Source of the DNA: Candidatus Woesebacteria bacterium
Lineage (GTDB): Bacteria; Patescibacteriota; Microgenomatia; UBA8517
Assembly: GCA_963784785.1 (NCBI GenBank)
Contig: CAWASW010000015.1
Span: forward strand, 2,149 to 66,148
DNA: 64,000 nt
Reading direction: 5' to 3'
The number at the start of each line of letters is the position of its first letter. Positions within the stretch are counted from its first letter, which is position 1. Under the pieces are notes generated by a model that was not told where the DNA came from, did no database searches, and worked only from the letters and a program-made list of their open reading frames with translations. Below, in pieces: positions 19,038 to 27,385 of the stretch. A program made the position numbers and the translations under genes.

Positions 19038-19232
19038 GATACCGTTGCATAAACGGTCACTTGTTTAGCCTTAAATGATTTGTTGTTTTTCGTTAAAATA
19101 ATAACACTTTCGTCCGATTACTCGGACAATGCTGAAATTGGTTGTAGAAGCGTTTACTTAGTGAAACTACCTTTTTAGGCCGAAAGTATAGTAAAATCAG
19201 TGTGTTTTAGGAGACCGAAATGTAACGGTCTC
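19038..19232 (+). repeat. 195-bp repeat copy A (perfect inverted copy of 30750..30944), abutting the tRNA-Thr 3' end
   Basis: Exact reverse-complement identity to 30750..30944 over 195 bp. Contains hairpins CCGTT-gcata-AACGG and GAGACCG-aaatgtaa-CGGTCTC. The 5' and 3' ends can also pair with each other (ACCGTTGCAT / ATGTAACGGT). Confidence 0.95.
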
Positions 19233-19234
19233 GC

Positions 19235-19744
19235 TCAAAGACGATATTTGCTTTTGAATTCAGATGAAGTCTTTTTCCACAAATTGAGATAATTAATAGC
19301 CATTTTAGCAACAACCACTTTAGCATCGTCTGTACTTTCGAAATCTCTAGGAACTACGAATCTATGTCTAGTTCCTGATCCAGGATTAATTGCATGATAG
19401 GATGTCGGACCTCCTTCCATGCCGCCTTCTATTTTCTTCACAATGACTTCTTTTCCGAGATCAACTTCAATAAACTCCTTGCTCAATTTTTCACTAACCC
19501 AATCAAGATGTTTTTGCCTTCTTCGTATTTTTTCTTGATCTGTCAATTTTATCTCGTCATAATAAGCTTCGAGTGTTTGAAGATGATCGAATATTTTGTT
19601 TTCTGGAGTTTTTTTAGCTACTTTTTCGATTTTGGGTGAACGATGTTCAGCCCCGTCTGTAATCTTTATTTTACTTGGACCAACATACCTCTCCTGTAGA
19701 TCAGCATCACCAGCTTCAACTTCGTTGTAATCACAACCTGTCAT
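19235..19744 (-). CDS. hypothetical protein, possible dsRBD-like C-terminus
   Basis: 169 aa. The C-terminal GGPTSYHAI…RHRFVV…DDAKVVVAKMAINYLNL loosely resembles a dsRNA-binding motif (GPxH…F…AK..AA..AL). Weak. Confidence 0.45.
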   Translation of the reverse strand: MTGCDYNEVEAGDADLQERYVGPSKIKITDGAEHRSPKIEKVAKKTPENKIFDHLQTLEAYYDEIKLTDQEKIRRRQKHLDWVSEKLSKEFIEVDLGKEVIVKKIEGGMEGGPTSYHAINPGSGTRHRFVVPRDFESTDDAKVVVAKMAINYLNLWKKTSSEFKSKYRL

Positions 19745-19745
19745 A

Positions 19746-20597
19746 TTAGTTTAATATATAAATATCCTGTCTTGTGTCAGACACTCCCACTTTTTCTCCT
19801 TCATGTTTCAAGACTCTCTCAAGAGGTCTACATTTCATACATCCTCCTGTTGGGCAGATAAAATGATTAAGTTGCCTTGCAAGTTTAATCCTTCGTGCAA
19901 TTGTTAAAACTTTATCTTTGCTATCTGCCATATTTGGTAAGTTTTTTTCAATTAAATCATCTGATTTGTCTAGATACCAATACGAAGCTTTAGAAACAGG
20001 GCGACCCTGAGTGTTATTAGCTAATAATAAATATATTGGAAGCTGCAGAGATTCTTCACCTTCTTCATTTTTTCCAGTTTTAAAGTCAATTATATGGACA
20101 GAATCTGTGTCTTCTAAATACTCCAACCAATCAATTTTTCCACAAAGTATGATATCGTCTTCTTCTGATAAATAATAATTTGGAATAAAAGTTGACGGTA
20201 TTTTAACTGCTTTATGAAGTATTGGGCCAGGATGCTCTTCAACTCTTTTAAGCATTTGTCTACCTCTCTCTTTGTACTCTTCTTCTTGAGTTGCGTCCTT
20301 AAATCCTCCTAATTTTCCAGATACTTTTTTCCAAGCAACATCAAATTTTTTAAGAAGAGATATTGAAAGCCTATCTTCTACCGGAAGAACAGACAAACCT
20401 TCAACTATCTCATGTACAGATTGGCCTAGAGCGAGTGCTGGTGAAGTAACAGTAACTTTATTTCCTGTACTTGGATCCTTATACACATTTCGTAGATAGT
20501 ATGCTCTTGGGCAAGCAATAAAATCAGCGATAGAAGAATGACTAACCCAAACTGCTTTGTATTTGTCTTTCATAGATAGCGGTAGTATTATATGCAT
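19746..20597 (-). CDS. PD-(D/E)XK nuclease, Cas4/RecB-like with Cys cluster
   Basis: N-terminal Cys (ACPRAYY), the catalytic-like trio GKIDWLE / IIDFKTG / QLPIYLL, and C-terminal CPTGGCMKC (Fe-S ligands). No cas genes nearby. Confidence 0.7.
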   Translation of the reverse strand: MHIILPLSMKDKYKAVWVSHSSIADFIACPRAYYLRNVYKDPSTGNKVTVTSPALALGQSVHEIVEGLSVLPVEDRLSISLLKKFDVAWKKVSGKLGGFKDATQEEEYKERGRQMLKRVEEHPGPILHKAVKIPSTFIPNYYLSEEDDIILCGKIDWLEYLEDTDSVHIIDFKTGKNEEGEESLQLPIYLLLANNTQGRPVSKASYWYLDKSDDLIEKNLPNMADSKDKVLTIARRIKLARQLNHFICPTGGCMKCRPLERVLKHEGEKVGVSDTRQDIYILN

Positions 20598-21323
20598 TAT
20601 ACAATGTCTATCAAACGATATTCCAGATTAGCCTCAGTAGAAGAAAAGAAAAATATAAAAAATGCATATTTTTATATAGTTCTCTCAGTACTAGCTATTA
20701 TAATTCTTATTTTTTTTGGTATTCCATTACTAGTTAAATTTGCAGGATTTGTAGGAGACGTAGCAAAATCTGATAAAGTTGTCGAGATTAATGACACGAC
20801 TCCACCAGCACCTCCTCAATTTGAGGATCTACCAGAATTTACAAACAAAGAAATTTTGGAGATTTCAGGTAAATCAGAAAGTGGTGCTAGCATTTCAATC
20901 AGAACAAATAATAATTCTAGTGAAGTAGTTGCTAACAGTGATGGAGTTTTTAACTTTACTTTTAATCTTGATAAAGGAGAAAATTCAATTGACGCTATCG
21001 CAAAAGATACGAGTGGAAATGAAAGTACACAAACAAAAACATTTAAAATATATTTTGATAATGAAGAACCTAAATTAGAAATAACTTCACCAAAAGACGG
21101 TTCTACATATTTTGGGGCGAGTCAAAGACAGCTTGCAATAAAAGGAACAGTTGATGAGGCAGTAAACTTAAGAATTAATAGCCGAACAGTTGTAGTAAAA
21201 GATGACAACACATTTGTTTTTACCACAACGATGAATGAAGGGGAAAATAAATTCGAAATTATTGCAACAGATCCATCTGGTAACGAATCATCAACTAGTT
21301 TGTCTACTAACTTCAGTTTGTAA
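20592..21323 (+). CDS. membrane-anchored surface protein with tandem Ig-like domains
   Basis: N-terminal TM (IVLSVLAIIILIFFGIPLLV) and two repeats with DAIAKDTSGNES / IIATDPSGNES, a bacterial Ig-like signature. Confidence 0.6.
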   Translation: MHYTMSIKRYSRLASVEEKKNIKNAYFYIVLSVLAIIILIFFGIPLLVKFAGFVGDVAKSDKVVEINDTTPPAPPQFEDLPEFTNKEILEISGKSESGASISIRTNNNSSEVVANSDGVFNFTFNLDKGENSIDAIAKDTSGNESTQTKTFKIYFDNEEPKLEITSPKDGSTYFGASQRQLAIKGTVDEAVNLRINSRTVVVKDDNTFVFTTTMNEGENKFEIIATDPSGNESSTSLSTNFSL

Positions 21324-22355
21324 TCCAATTAAAACAAACAGCCAGAACATTATGTGGGGGTAGAATAGACTATTTGCAAATGTGCTGTGAATTAATACAG
21401 CAAAGAATGAAGAATATAGAATGTTGAATGTAGAATCAAAAGAACTCATAACACGTAACACGAAACTAATAAACAGAACCAATCCAACAATGCCTGTTGT
21501 GGCAAGTAAAAATAAAATTGAAGAATCGGCGCCGTTACATGCATGTGAGTCAATATTTAAATCACTTAAATATAATCTACGTGCAGAACAGATATTGTTA
21601 AACCCTACGCCAAAAAGAGGCGATTTTTTAATAATCTGCAGGGTTTCTGCATAATTAATTAATTTACTATTTCCACTTACAGTTCTGGTTAAAGTTGTCC
21701 CTTCACCTATATTTTTAGGTAAAAATAAAACTATTAATATAAAAAAAATAAGTGCAATATTTTGTTTTTTAAATAGTAAAAATAAACCAGCAACTAAATA
21801 CGATGCCCGAGAATAAGTAAATGCTAAGCTGAATAGCAAAAAATACATAACTTTCGGGAACTTTTCATATGCCAAAACAATTCCTAAAACTAAAATCAGC
21901 CCTAAATAGGTAGGATCTAAAAATGTGCCAACCATCCGTAACAGATGATCATCCCAACCCAAATATTTAAGAGATGTTAAGTCAGGCCAAAGTAAGTATT
22001 GGAGCCAGCCAAAGATAGTCGTTGCGACGGCAACAGATAATAGATTTAAGATTAAAGATTTACGATTTAAGAAATAATTTGAAACGTAAACGGCGATGAG
22101 GGAATAAGAAATGAGACGAACTAAATACAAGATTGAATTAAGATTTACGAATGAAGAATTAAGAAATAGTCCAAACATGCAGGACATAACAAAATAAATG
22201 AAATATCTGTACCACGAGGGGTAAATAGGTTTCTTTAAAACAGTTATTACAGCAAGGATTAAAACCAAAACGTCAAACAGGTTAATAAAACCAATTTTAA
22301 ATAATTGTCCAAAGGGAAATAGACTTAAGATTGCAAAAAATATAATTTTGTCCAT
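21291..22355 (-). CDS. O-antigen ligase / polymerase family membrane protein (Wzy_C-like)
   Basis: About 10 TM helices with a large periplasmic loop. ...FTYSRASYLVAGLFLLF is typical of the O-antigen ligase family. Confidence 0.65.
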   Translation of the reverse strand: MDKIIFFAILSLFPFGQLFKIGFINLFDVLVLILAVITVLKKPIYPSWYRYFIYFVMSCMFGLFLNSSFVNLNSILYLVRLISYSLIAVYVSNYFLNRKSLILNLLSVAVATTIFGWLQYLLWPDLTSLKYLGWDDHLLRMVGTFLDPTYLGLILVLGIVLAYEKFPKVMYFLLFSLAFTYSRASYLVAGLFLLFKKQNIALIFFILIVLFLPKNIGEGTTLTRTVSGNSKLINYAETLQIIKKSPLFGVGFNNICSARRLYLSDLNIDSHACNGADSSILFLLATTGIVGLVLFISFVLRVMSSFDSTFNILYSSFFAVLIHSTFANSLFYPHIMFWLFVLIGLQTEVSRQTS

Positions 22356-22915
22356 GAGAGATATGAATGTAATGATTGCATTATACTAAATACAACATGT
22401 TTTGATTTAACTAAAGTCACAGCAAACTTTCCAATTGGAAAAAATATAATTTTAAATAAGTTGGATCTCTTTCCTTCATCAAGGTTGGCTTTAGCATGAA
22501 GTGTCGAATAGTTGTTTATTTTTAGCAAATAATCTGAAAGATTATTTGCGGTATTGTGAATAATGTAATTATCAAACATCACACCCGCGAGGTGTGATTT
22601 TTTTGGAAGCCAAACCTCATGAACTGCCCTTACCCATTTTCCTGTCCCCTTTCTGACAAGTCGTGTTGGATAATCTATTCCTATTAACTTACCTAAAAAA
22701 TATGTTTTTCTGGGTAATTGATAACTTGAAAATTCATTGGAAATTGGAAATTGGAAATAAGCGGAGCTTGCCACATTGTGATTGGAAATTGACTCATCCG
22801 AGTCAAGGAACAAATTCCATTCACTTTTTGATTTATCAAGAAGTTCATTTCGCTCATGTCCAAAATCTGTAATATTAGGTTTGTTTAGTTGTAAAATATT
22901 TAACATAATAAGCAA
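22325..22915 (-). CDS. glycosyltransferase family 2-like fragment (N-terminally truncated, possible pseudogene)
   Basis: DxD (LFLDSDE) only ~36 aa from the ORF start, which overlaps the flippase 3' end. The Rossmann N-terminal part is missing. Contains the palindrome-encoded SHLAGVMF. Confidence 0.45.
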   Translation of the reverse strand: MLIMLNILQLNKPNITDFGHERNELLDKSKSEWNLFLDSDESISNHNVASSAYFQFPISNEFSSYQLPRKTYFLGKLIGIDYPTRLVRKGTGKWVRAVHEVWLPKKSHLAGVMFDNYIIHNTANNLSDYLLKINNYSTLHAKANLDEGKRSNLFKIIFFPIGKFAVTLVKSKHVVFSIMQSLHSYLSWTKLYFLQS

Positions 22916-24116
22916 TTAGTACCGGCAGCGTTAAAAGTGTAGCAATTATAGTTGCATATCCTGCACCAAGAATCCCAAAAATTTTTATTAATGGATAAAG
23001 AATTGCAATCAAACAAACTGTAGAAAAAAGTGTAATGTAAGTAACTACTTCTTGTTTATCAATTCCTAAAAACAATGAAAAGAAGGAGTTAGAAATCGCT
23101 TTTATTACACCATAAATAGCAAGAATTTGTAGTACAGGTGCTGCTGAGACCCAAGCATTTCCCAAGACAAATTTAATTATCTCAATTGGAAATTTAAAGA
23201 CAAAATATCCAAAAGGAAAAACAAACAAACAGATAATTAGCAAAGTTTTCAAGAATGCATTTTTAAGTCTAATTTTATCCTCTTTTAAACTTACATAAAT
23301 AGGAAAGGTGACTTTATTAAACACTTCACCGACTTCAGACACAGGAAGAGTTGAAATTTTGTATGCTTGTTGATAAATTCCAAGGCTTGCAGTTCCCATA
23401 ACGCGGCCAACTACGATATCGTCAATATTTTGAAATAAATAGTTAGCAACACCTGCTCCTGTTATCCATTTACCTCGGTTAATTACTTTCAATGTTTTCT
23501 CTTTTTCAAAAATAAACTTCGGTGTAGGTTTAAAGTAAATAAATGAAAGAATTACTTCCAAGGCAGTAGATATAATCATGGCATAAATTAAACTGTTCTC
23601 GGATTTTGTAGCAACTCCAATTGAAATTGCAAAAATTGCGTCAACCAAAAAGATCACTGAGTCATACTTAAACTGTTTGTTAAATTCCAAATTTTTTTGA
23701 TATTTAATGCAAGCAGGATTTATAAAACCACGGATAATAGGGACAATTCCTACAAGATATAAAATAAAAGTTGCATCAGTATTTTTAAAATAGTTAGCAA
23801 TATATGGAGCAAAGATAAATATTAAAATTCCAATTAAAAGACCTCGAATTACAGAAACAACCCAAGCAGAATCGATATATTCATCAATTTTTTCTTTTTG
23901 TTGAACTAAAAATATATTAATCCCAGTTTCAGTTAGCATTTCGAGAAATCCCAAAACCAAGGTTGCAATTCCATAAATTCCAAATTGTGCAGGAAGTAAA
24001 ATACGAGCAAGGATCGCAATTTTAATAAGTGCTAAACTTCGCGTAAAAACACGTAACGCCCCCATCCAACTAATTCCGTTTAAAGCAATTTGAAAATATC
24101 CCATGACTAAAACCAA
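22875..24116 (-). CDS. polysaccharide/O-unit flippase (Wzx, MOP superfamily)
   Basis: 413 aa, 12-14 TM helices, flippase-like N-terminus (…ALNGISWMGALRVFTRSLALIKIAILARILLPAQFGIYGIA). Confidence 0.7.
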   Translation of the reverse strand: MVLVMGYFQIALNGISWMGALRVFTRSLALIKIAILARILLPAQFGIYGIATLVLGFLEMLTETGINIFLVQQKEKIDEYIDSAWVVSVIRGLLIGILIFIFAPYIANYFKNTDATFILYLVGIVPIIRGFINPACIKYQKNLEFNKQFKYDSVIFLVDAIFAISIGVATKSENSLIYAMIISTALEVILSFIYFKPTPKFIFEKEKTLKVINRGKWITGAGVANYLFQNIDDIVVGRVMGTASLGIYQQAYKISTLPVSEVGEVFNKVTFPIYVSLKEDKIRLKNAFLKTLLIICLFVFPFGYFVFKFPIEIIKFVLGNAWVSAAPVLQILAIYGVIKAISNSFFSLFLGIDKQEVVTYITLFSTVCLIAILYPLIKIFGILGAGYATIIATLLTLPVLIAYYVKYFTTKQT

Positions 24117-25008
24117 TTATACAACCAAAGTCCGATACAAATTGAAGTATTATTCCCCAAAGACCAGCCTTACATACAGTGTATAGGGTATAGAGAATAG
24201 CATATAGAATAAACAAAACACTGTTTTGAAAAAACAAAGTCACTCCTAATATGTATCGTGCAAAGATGGTTAGTACTTTTAAGTTGTGTGTTCTCCACTT
24301 TTTTACAGGGTGCCACCAAACATCAGACTCTGCGTCCCCTTTTGCATACCTATAAATCTTCAATCCAAAATCGTAAATCGATTCTGGCATTTTCCAATCA
24401 ACAATTGCCTTTTTGGCTACAACAAATTTAGCACCAGCATTAATTAAATTAATATTAAAAACAGAATCCTCCGCAGTGTCGTTTAAATTTTCAGGAAATC
24501 CACCAACTTTTTTAAAGATAGTTTTTGTAAAAGCCATTGATCTAGCAGAAGGCAAAAAATCTGATTTCATGTCTTGCTGTTTTACTCCAAGAAAAACCGC
24601 CTCGGCCTTTTCAAAATTATTTCTCGCAATCATTCGGTAAAATCCGGCCACTACAATATTAAATACACCCCCGAGGTGTACTTTGTTATAGGGTTTAACC
24701 ATATTCTCTAACCAATCTTTGTGTGGCACACACCCAGCATCAGTAATAGCAATAATCTCATTCCTTGCCATTCGTATGGCCAAGTTCCTTCCTGCCGATC
24801 TTGATATCTCTGTTTTGTTTATAAATTGTAAATTTAGTTTTGAATATTGTTTGATAAATGGTGTTTGGTAATTGGTGTTTATTGTTGCATCCGCAACAAT
24901 CACCTCATCCGCTTTTAATGTCTGTTTATCCAAAGCATTAAGCAGTTCTTGAATAGTTTCTTCCTTTTCATTAAAAGTTGTGATACAAACCGAAACTTTT
25001 AATTCCAT
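24070..25008 (-). CDS. glycosyltransferase family 2
   Basis: VSVCITTFNEKE…(DxD) ITDAG, with C-terminal TM helices. Confidence 0.75.
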   Translation of the reverse strand: MELKVSVCITTFNEKEETIQELLNALDKQTLKADEVIVADATINTNYQTPFIKQYSKLNLQFINKTEISRSAGRNLAIRMARNEIIAITDAGCVPHKDWLENMVKPYNKVHLGGVFNIVVAGFYRMIARNNFEKAEAVFLGVKQQDMKSDFLPSARSMAFTKTIFKKVGGFPENLNDTAEDSVFNINLINAGAKFVVAKKAIVDWKMPESIYDFGLKIYRYAKGDAESDVWWHPVKKWRTHNLKVLTIFARYILGVTLFFQNSVLFILYAILYTLYTVCKAGLWGIILQFVSDFGCIIGFSHGIFSNCFKRN

Positions 25009-25802
25009 AATTTTAAATACACCTTGGCGACATCACTCCAAGTTGGGATAGTTTTTAATTTTTTGATTTCTTTCCAGTAGTCTTCCTTTAAAGGATTGTT
25101 TGCAAAGGTTATAATTTTACATACATAACTTTTTGCTTCTAAATATGAAAGATATCCAGATGGAATACAATACTCTGCAGTTTCTAAATACTTTTCAGGA
25201 TTTGATACGTTACTTACATAAATTACTTTATATACTTTTTGTTGTTTTTTTAGCCATTTCTTAAATTCATTTATACCAGTATCAATATCTTGCCTTCCGA
25301 GCCATACTATCGTATTTTTTGTTTTGACTAATGACAAACGACTAATGGCCAACGACTGTGCTGCCCCATAAATTACATAGTCAGACTTGATGCCGTAATA
25401 TTTATTTATATAGTCACCAACAGCAATACTTCCATTACACAAATGATTAGCAATTCGCTTGTTAAAAACTGCCCATATCGGGAGTGGCCATTTTACTTCC
25501 CAACCATGAAAAGTTATATATACTCGTTTCCTCGGAAACGTAAAAATAAATGGTAGGTACCAAATAAAAACATCATGGATATGAATAATACTTGAGTCAG
25601 TAATTAGCTTTCTGTTTTTAAATAGCCAATACCAAATATAAAATAGTCCTAAATATTTTATTTTTGGTGGTTTGATATCTTCCTCAGAAATAATTGTAAA
25701 TTCATAATTCTTAAATCTAAGTTCATAAATCAAATTCTTTATATGTCTCTCCACCCCACCAACATGCGGTTCTTTGTGTTTAGCCAAAAAAAGTATTTTC
25801 AT
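24999..25802 (-). CDS. glycosyltransferase GT4 N-terminal-domain protein (short, possibly truncated)
   Basis: MKILFLAKHKEPHVGGVERHIKNL is typical of the Glyco_trans_4 N-terminal domain. 267 aa is short for a GT4. Confidence 0.5.
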   Translation of the reverse strand: MKILFLAKHKEPHVGGVERHIKNLIYELRFKNYEFTIISEEDIKPPKIKYLGLFYIWYWLFKNRKLITDSSIIHIHDVFIWYLPFIFTFPRKRVYITFHGWEVKWPLPIWAVFNKRIANHLCNGSIAVGDYINKYYGIKSDYVIYGAAQSLAISRLSLVKTKNTIVWLGRQDIDTGINEFKKWLKKQQKVYKVIYVSNVSNPEKYLETAEYCIPSGYLSYLEAKSYVCKIITFANNPLKEDYWKEIKKLKTIPTWSDVAKVYLKLWN

Positions 25803-25832
25803 AATTTATGTCAATCATATTATAATATAGTT

Positions 25833-26588
25833 ATGGTCGATAAACTAAAATATTGGTACAAATTTGTACTACTCTACAAAAATTGGGTTGAATTAATATT
25901 AAATAGGTTAACAAGAAACAACTCTACTAATATCAAATTAAGAAATAATTTTGTGATATCATCATCACATGACTCTCCACTGTCAGTAGTTATGGATGAA
26001 ACGTTTATCCTTGAAAGATACACACAACTTTTCAAAATTAAAAAAGAAGATGTTGTAGTAGATATTGGAGCACATATAGGTGATTTCAGTATATATGCAG
26101 CAATTAAAGGCGCTAAACAAATTTTTGCATTCGAACCAGACCCAACATCCTATCTAGACTTAAAGAACAATGTCTCCGTAAATAACATATCTAATATAAT
26201 ACCTAAAAATATGGCCGTATCTGGCAAAGATGGTTATGCAAATTTTTACACAAATAAAATTAACGGAGGAAATTCACTTATTCATTTTGAAAATAATTCA
26301 AAAACTATCAGAGTAAAAACTATATCGATAAATAGCATTTTAAATGTATGCGGAATTAAAAATATTGACTTTTTAAAGATTGATTGCGAGGGTGGCGAAG
26401 GGCTTATAATTGATGCTGCCAGCAAATCAACTTGGAGGTCAATAGAAAGAATAGCACTTGAATATCATGATAATGTTTCGTCAATTCATCATCTTAAAAT
26501 AAAGGATATTTTCAACAAACTAGGTTATAGTGTATCTATTAAATCATTCGGGAGAAAATTTGGGTACATTTATGCTGCAAGGCAATAA
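25833..26588 (+). CDS. FkbM-family SAM-dependent methyltransferase
   Basis: VVVDIGAHIGDFSIYAA…FAFEP. The start is trimmed to MVDKLKY to avoid overlap. Confidence 0.7.
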   Translation: MVDKLKYWYKFVLLYKNWVELILNRLTRNNSTNIKLRNNFVISSSHDSPLSVVMDETFILERYTQLFKIKKEDVVVDIGAHIGDFSIYAAIKGAKQIFAFEPDPTSYLDLKNNVSVNNISNIIPKNMAVSGKDGYANFYTNKINGGNSLIHFENNSKTIRVKTISINSILNVCGIKNIDFLKIDCEGGEGLIIDAASKSTWRSIERIALEYHDNVSSIHHLKIKDIFNKLGYSVSIKSFGRKFGYIYAARQ

Positions 26589-27356
26589 TTATATGATTTT
26601 GCATATCAGTATATATTGTGATTCGGGTAGATAATCTAACAAAAAATTATCTAAATAGATAATTAAATTATTAACAAAATTTATTTTGGTAAATTTTACA
26701 AATTTATTTAAGATATTGTTAGTAAATAACGCGCTTCTTAAAACCCCCTCTGTCTTATGTATCTTAACTATTTTGATTTTTGTTTTTTGGAACAACAATT
26801 TTATATCGTTTAACGAGTAGCGTCTCAGATGGCCAACTTCTTTATCAAAATTATCTAGTAGTCCCAGCTGATAAAGCGGAGCAGTAATTGACGGCACCGT
26901 GATAATTAGGAATGTATCCTTATTCATCCTTCGCCGAATCAACTTAAGAGTTTTCAAATCATCTTTTGTATGTTCCAAAACTTCAAAACATGTAATCAAA
27001 TTGTATTTCCTAAACAATCCAAATTTCTCTATCGATGTATTGTAAAATCTTACATTATTGAATCCAAATTTATCTTTGTTTAGATTGGCGAACTTAACAG
27101 CATTTCGAGACAATTCAATTCCATCCACCATTAATCCTTTTGAGGCAAAATATAAAGAAATAGTTCCTGTAGCAGACCCTATATCTAAAACATTTCCAAG
27201 TTTGGGTATATATTTTTTTATGTAAGATAATGTATTTCGATATGTAAAGTCATTATCAGTAATTACCCTCTTTTGAAGCCTTATATTTTTATGGTAATTT
27301 TCATATAAATTATTTTTACTCATGCTGTATTTTATCATCCAAAAGCAAGTTGACAA
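26589..27356 (-). CDS. class I SAM-dependent methyltransferase
   Basis: Motif I VLDIGSATGTISLYFASKG, post I DGIELS, motif II FNNVRF. Confidence 0.7.
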   Translation of the reverse strand: MSTCFWMIKYSMSKNNLYENYHKNIRLQKRVITDNDFTYRNTLSYIKKYIPKLGNVLDIGSATGTISLYFASKGLMVDGIELSRNAVKFANLNKDKFGFNNVRFYNTSIEKFGLFRKYNLITCFEVLEHTKDDLKTLKLIRRRMNKDTFLIITVPSITAPLYQLGLLDNFDKEVGHLRRYSLNDIKLLFQKTKIKIVKIHKTEGVLRSALFTNNILNKFVKFTKINFVNNLIIYLDNFLLDYLPESQYILICKII

Positions 27357-27385
27357 AGTTTTTGTTTAGATTTTAAATAAACAAA

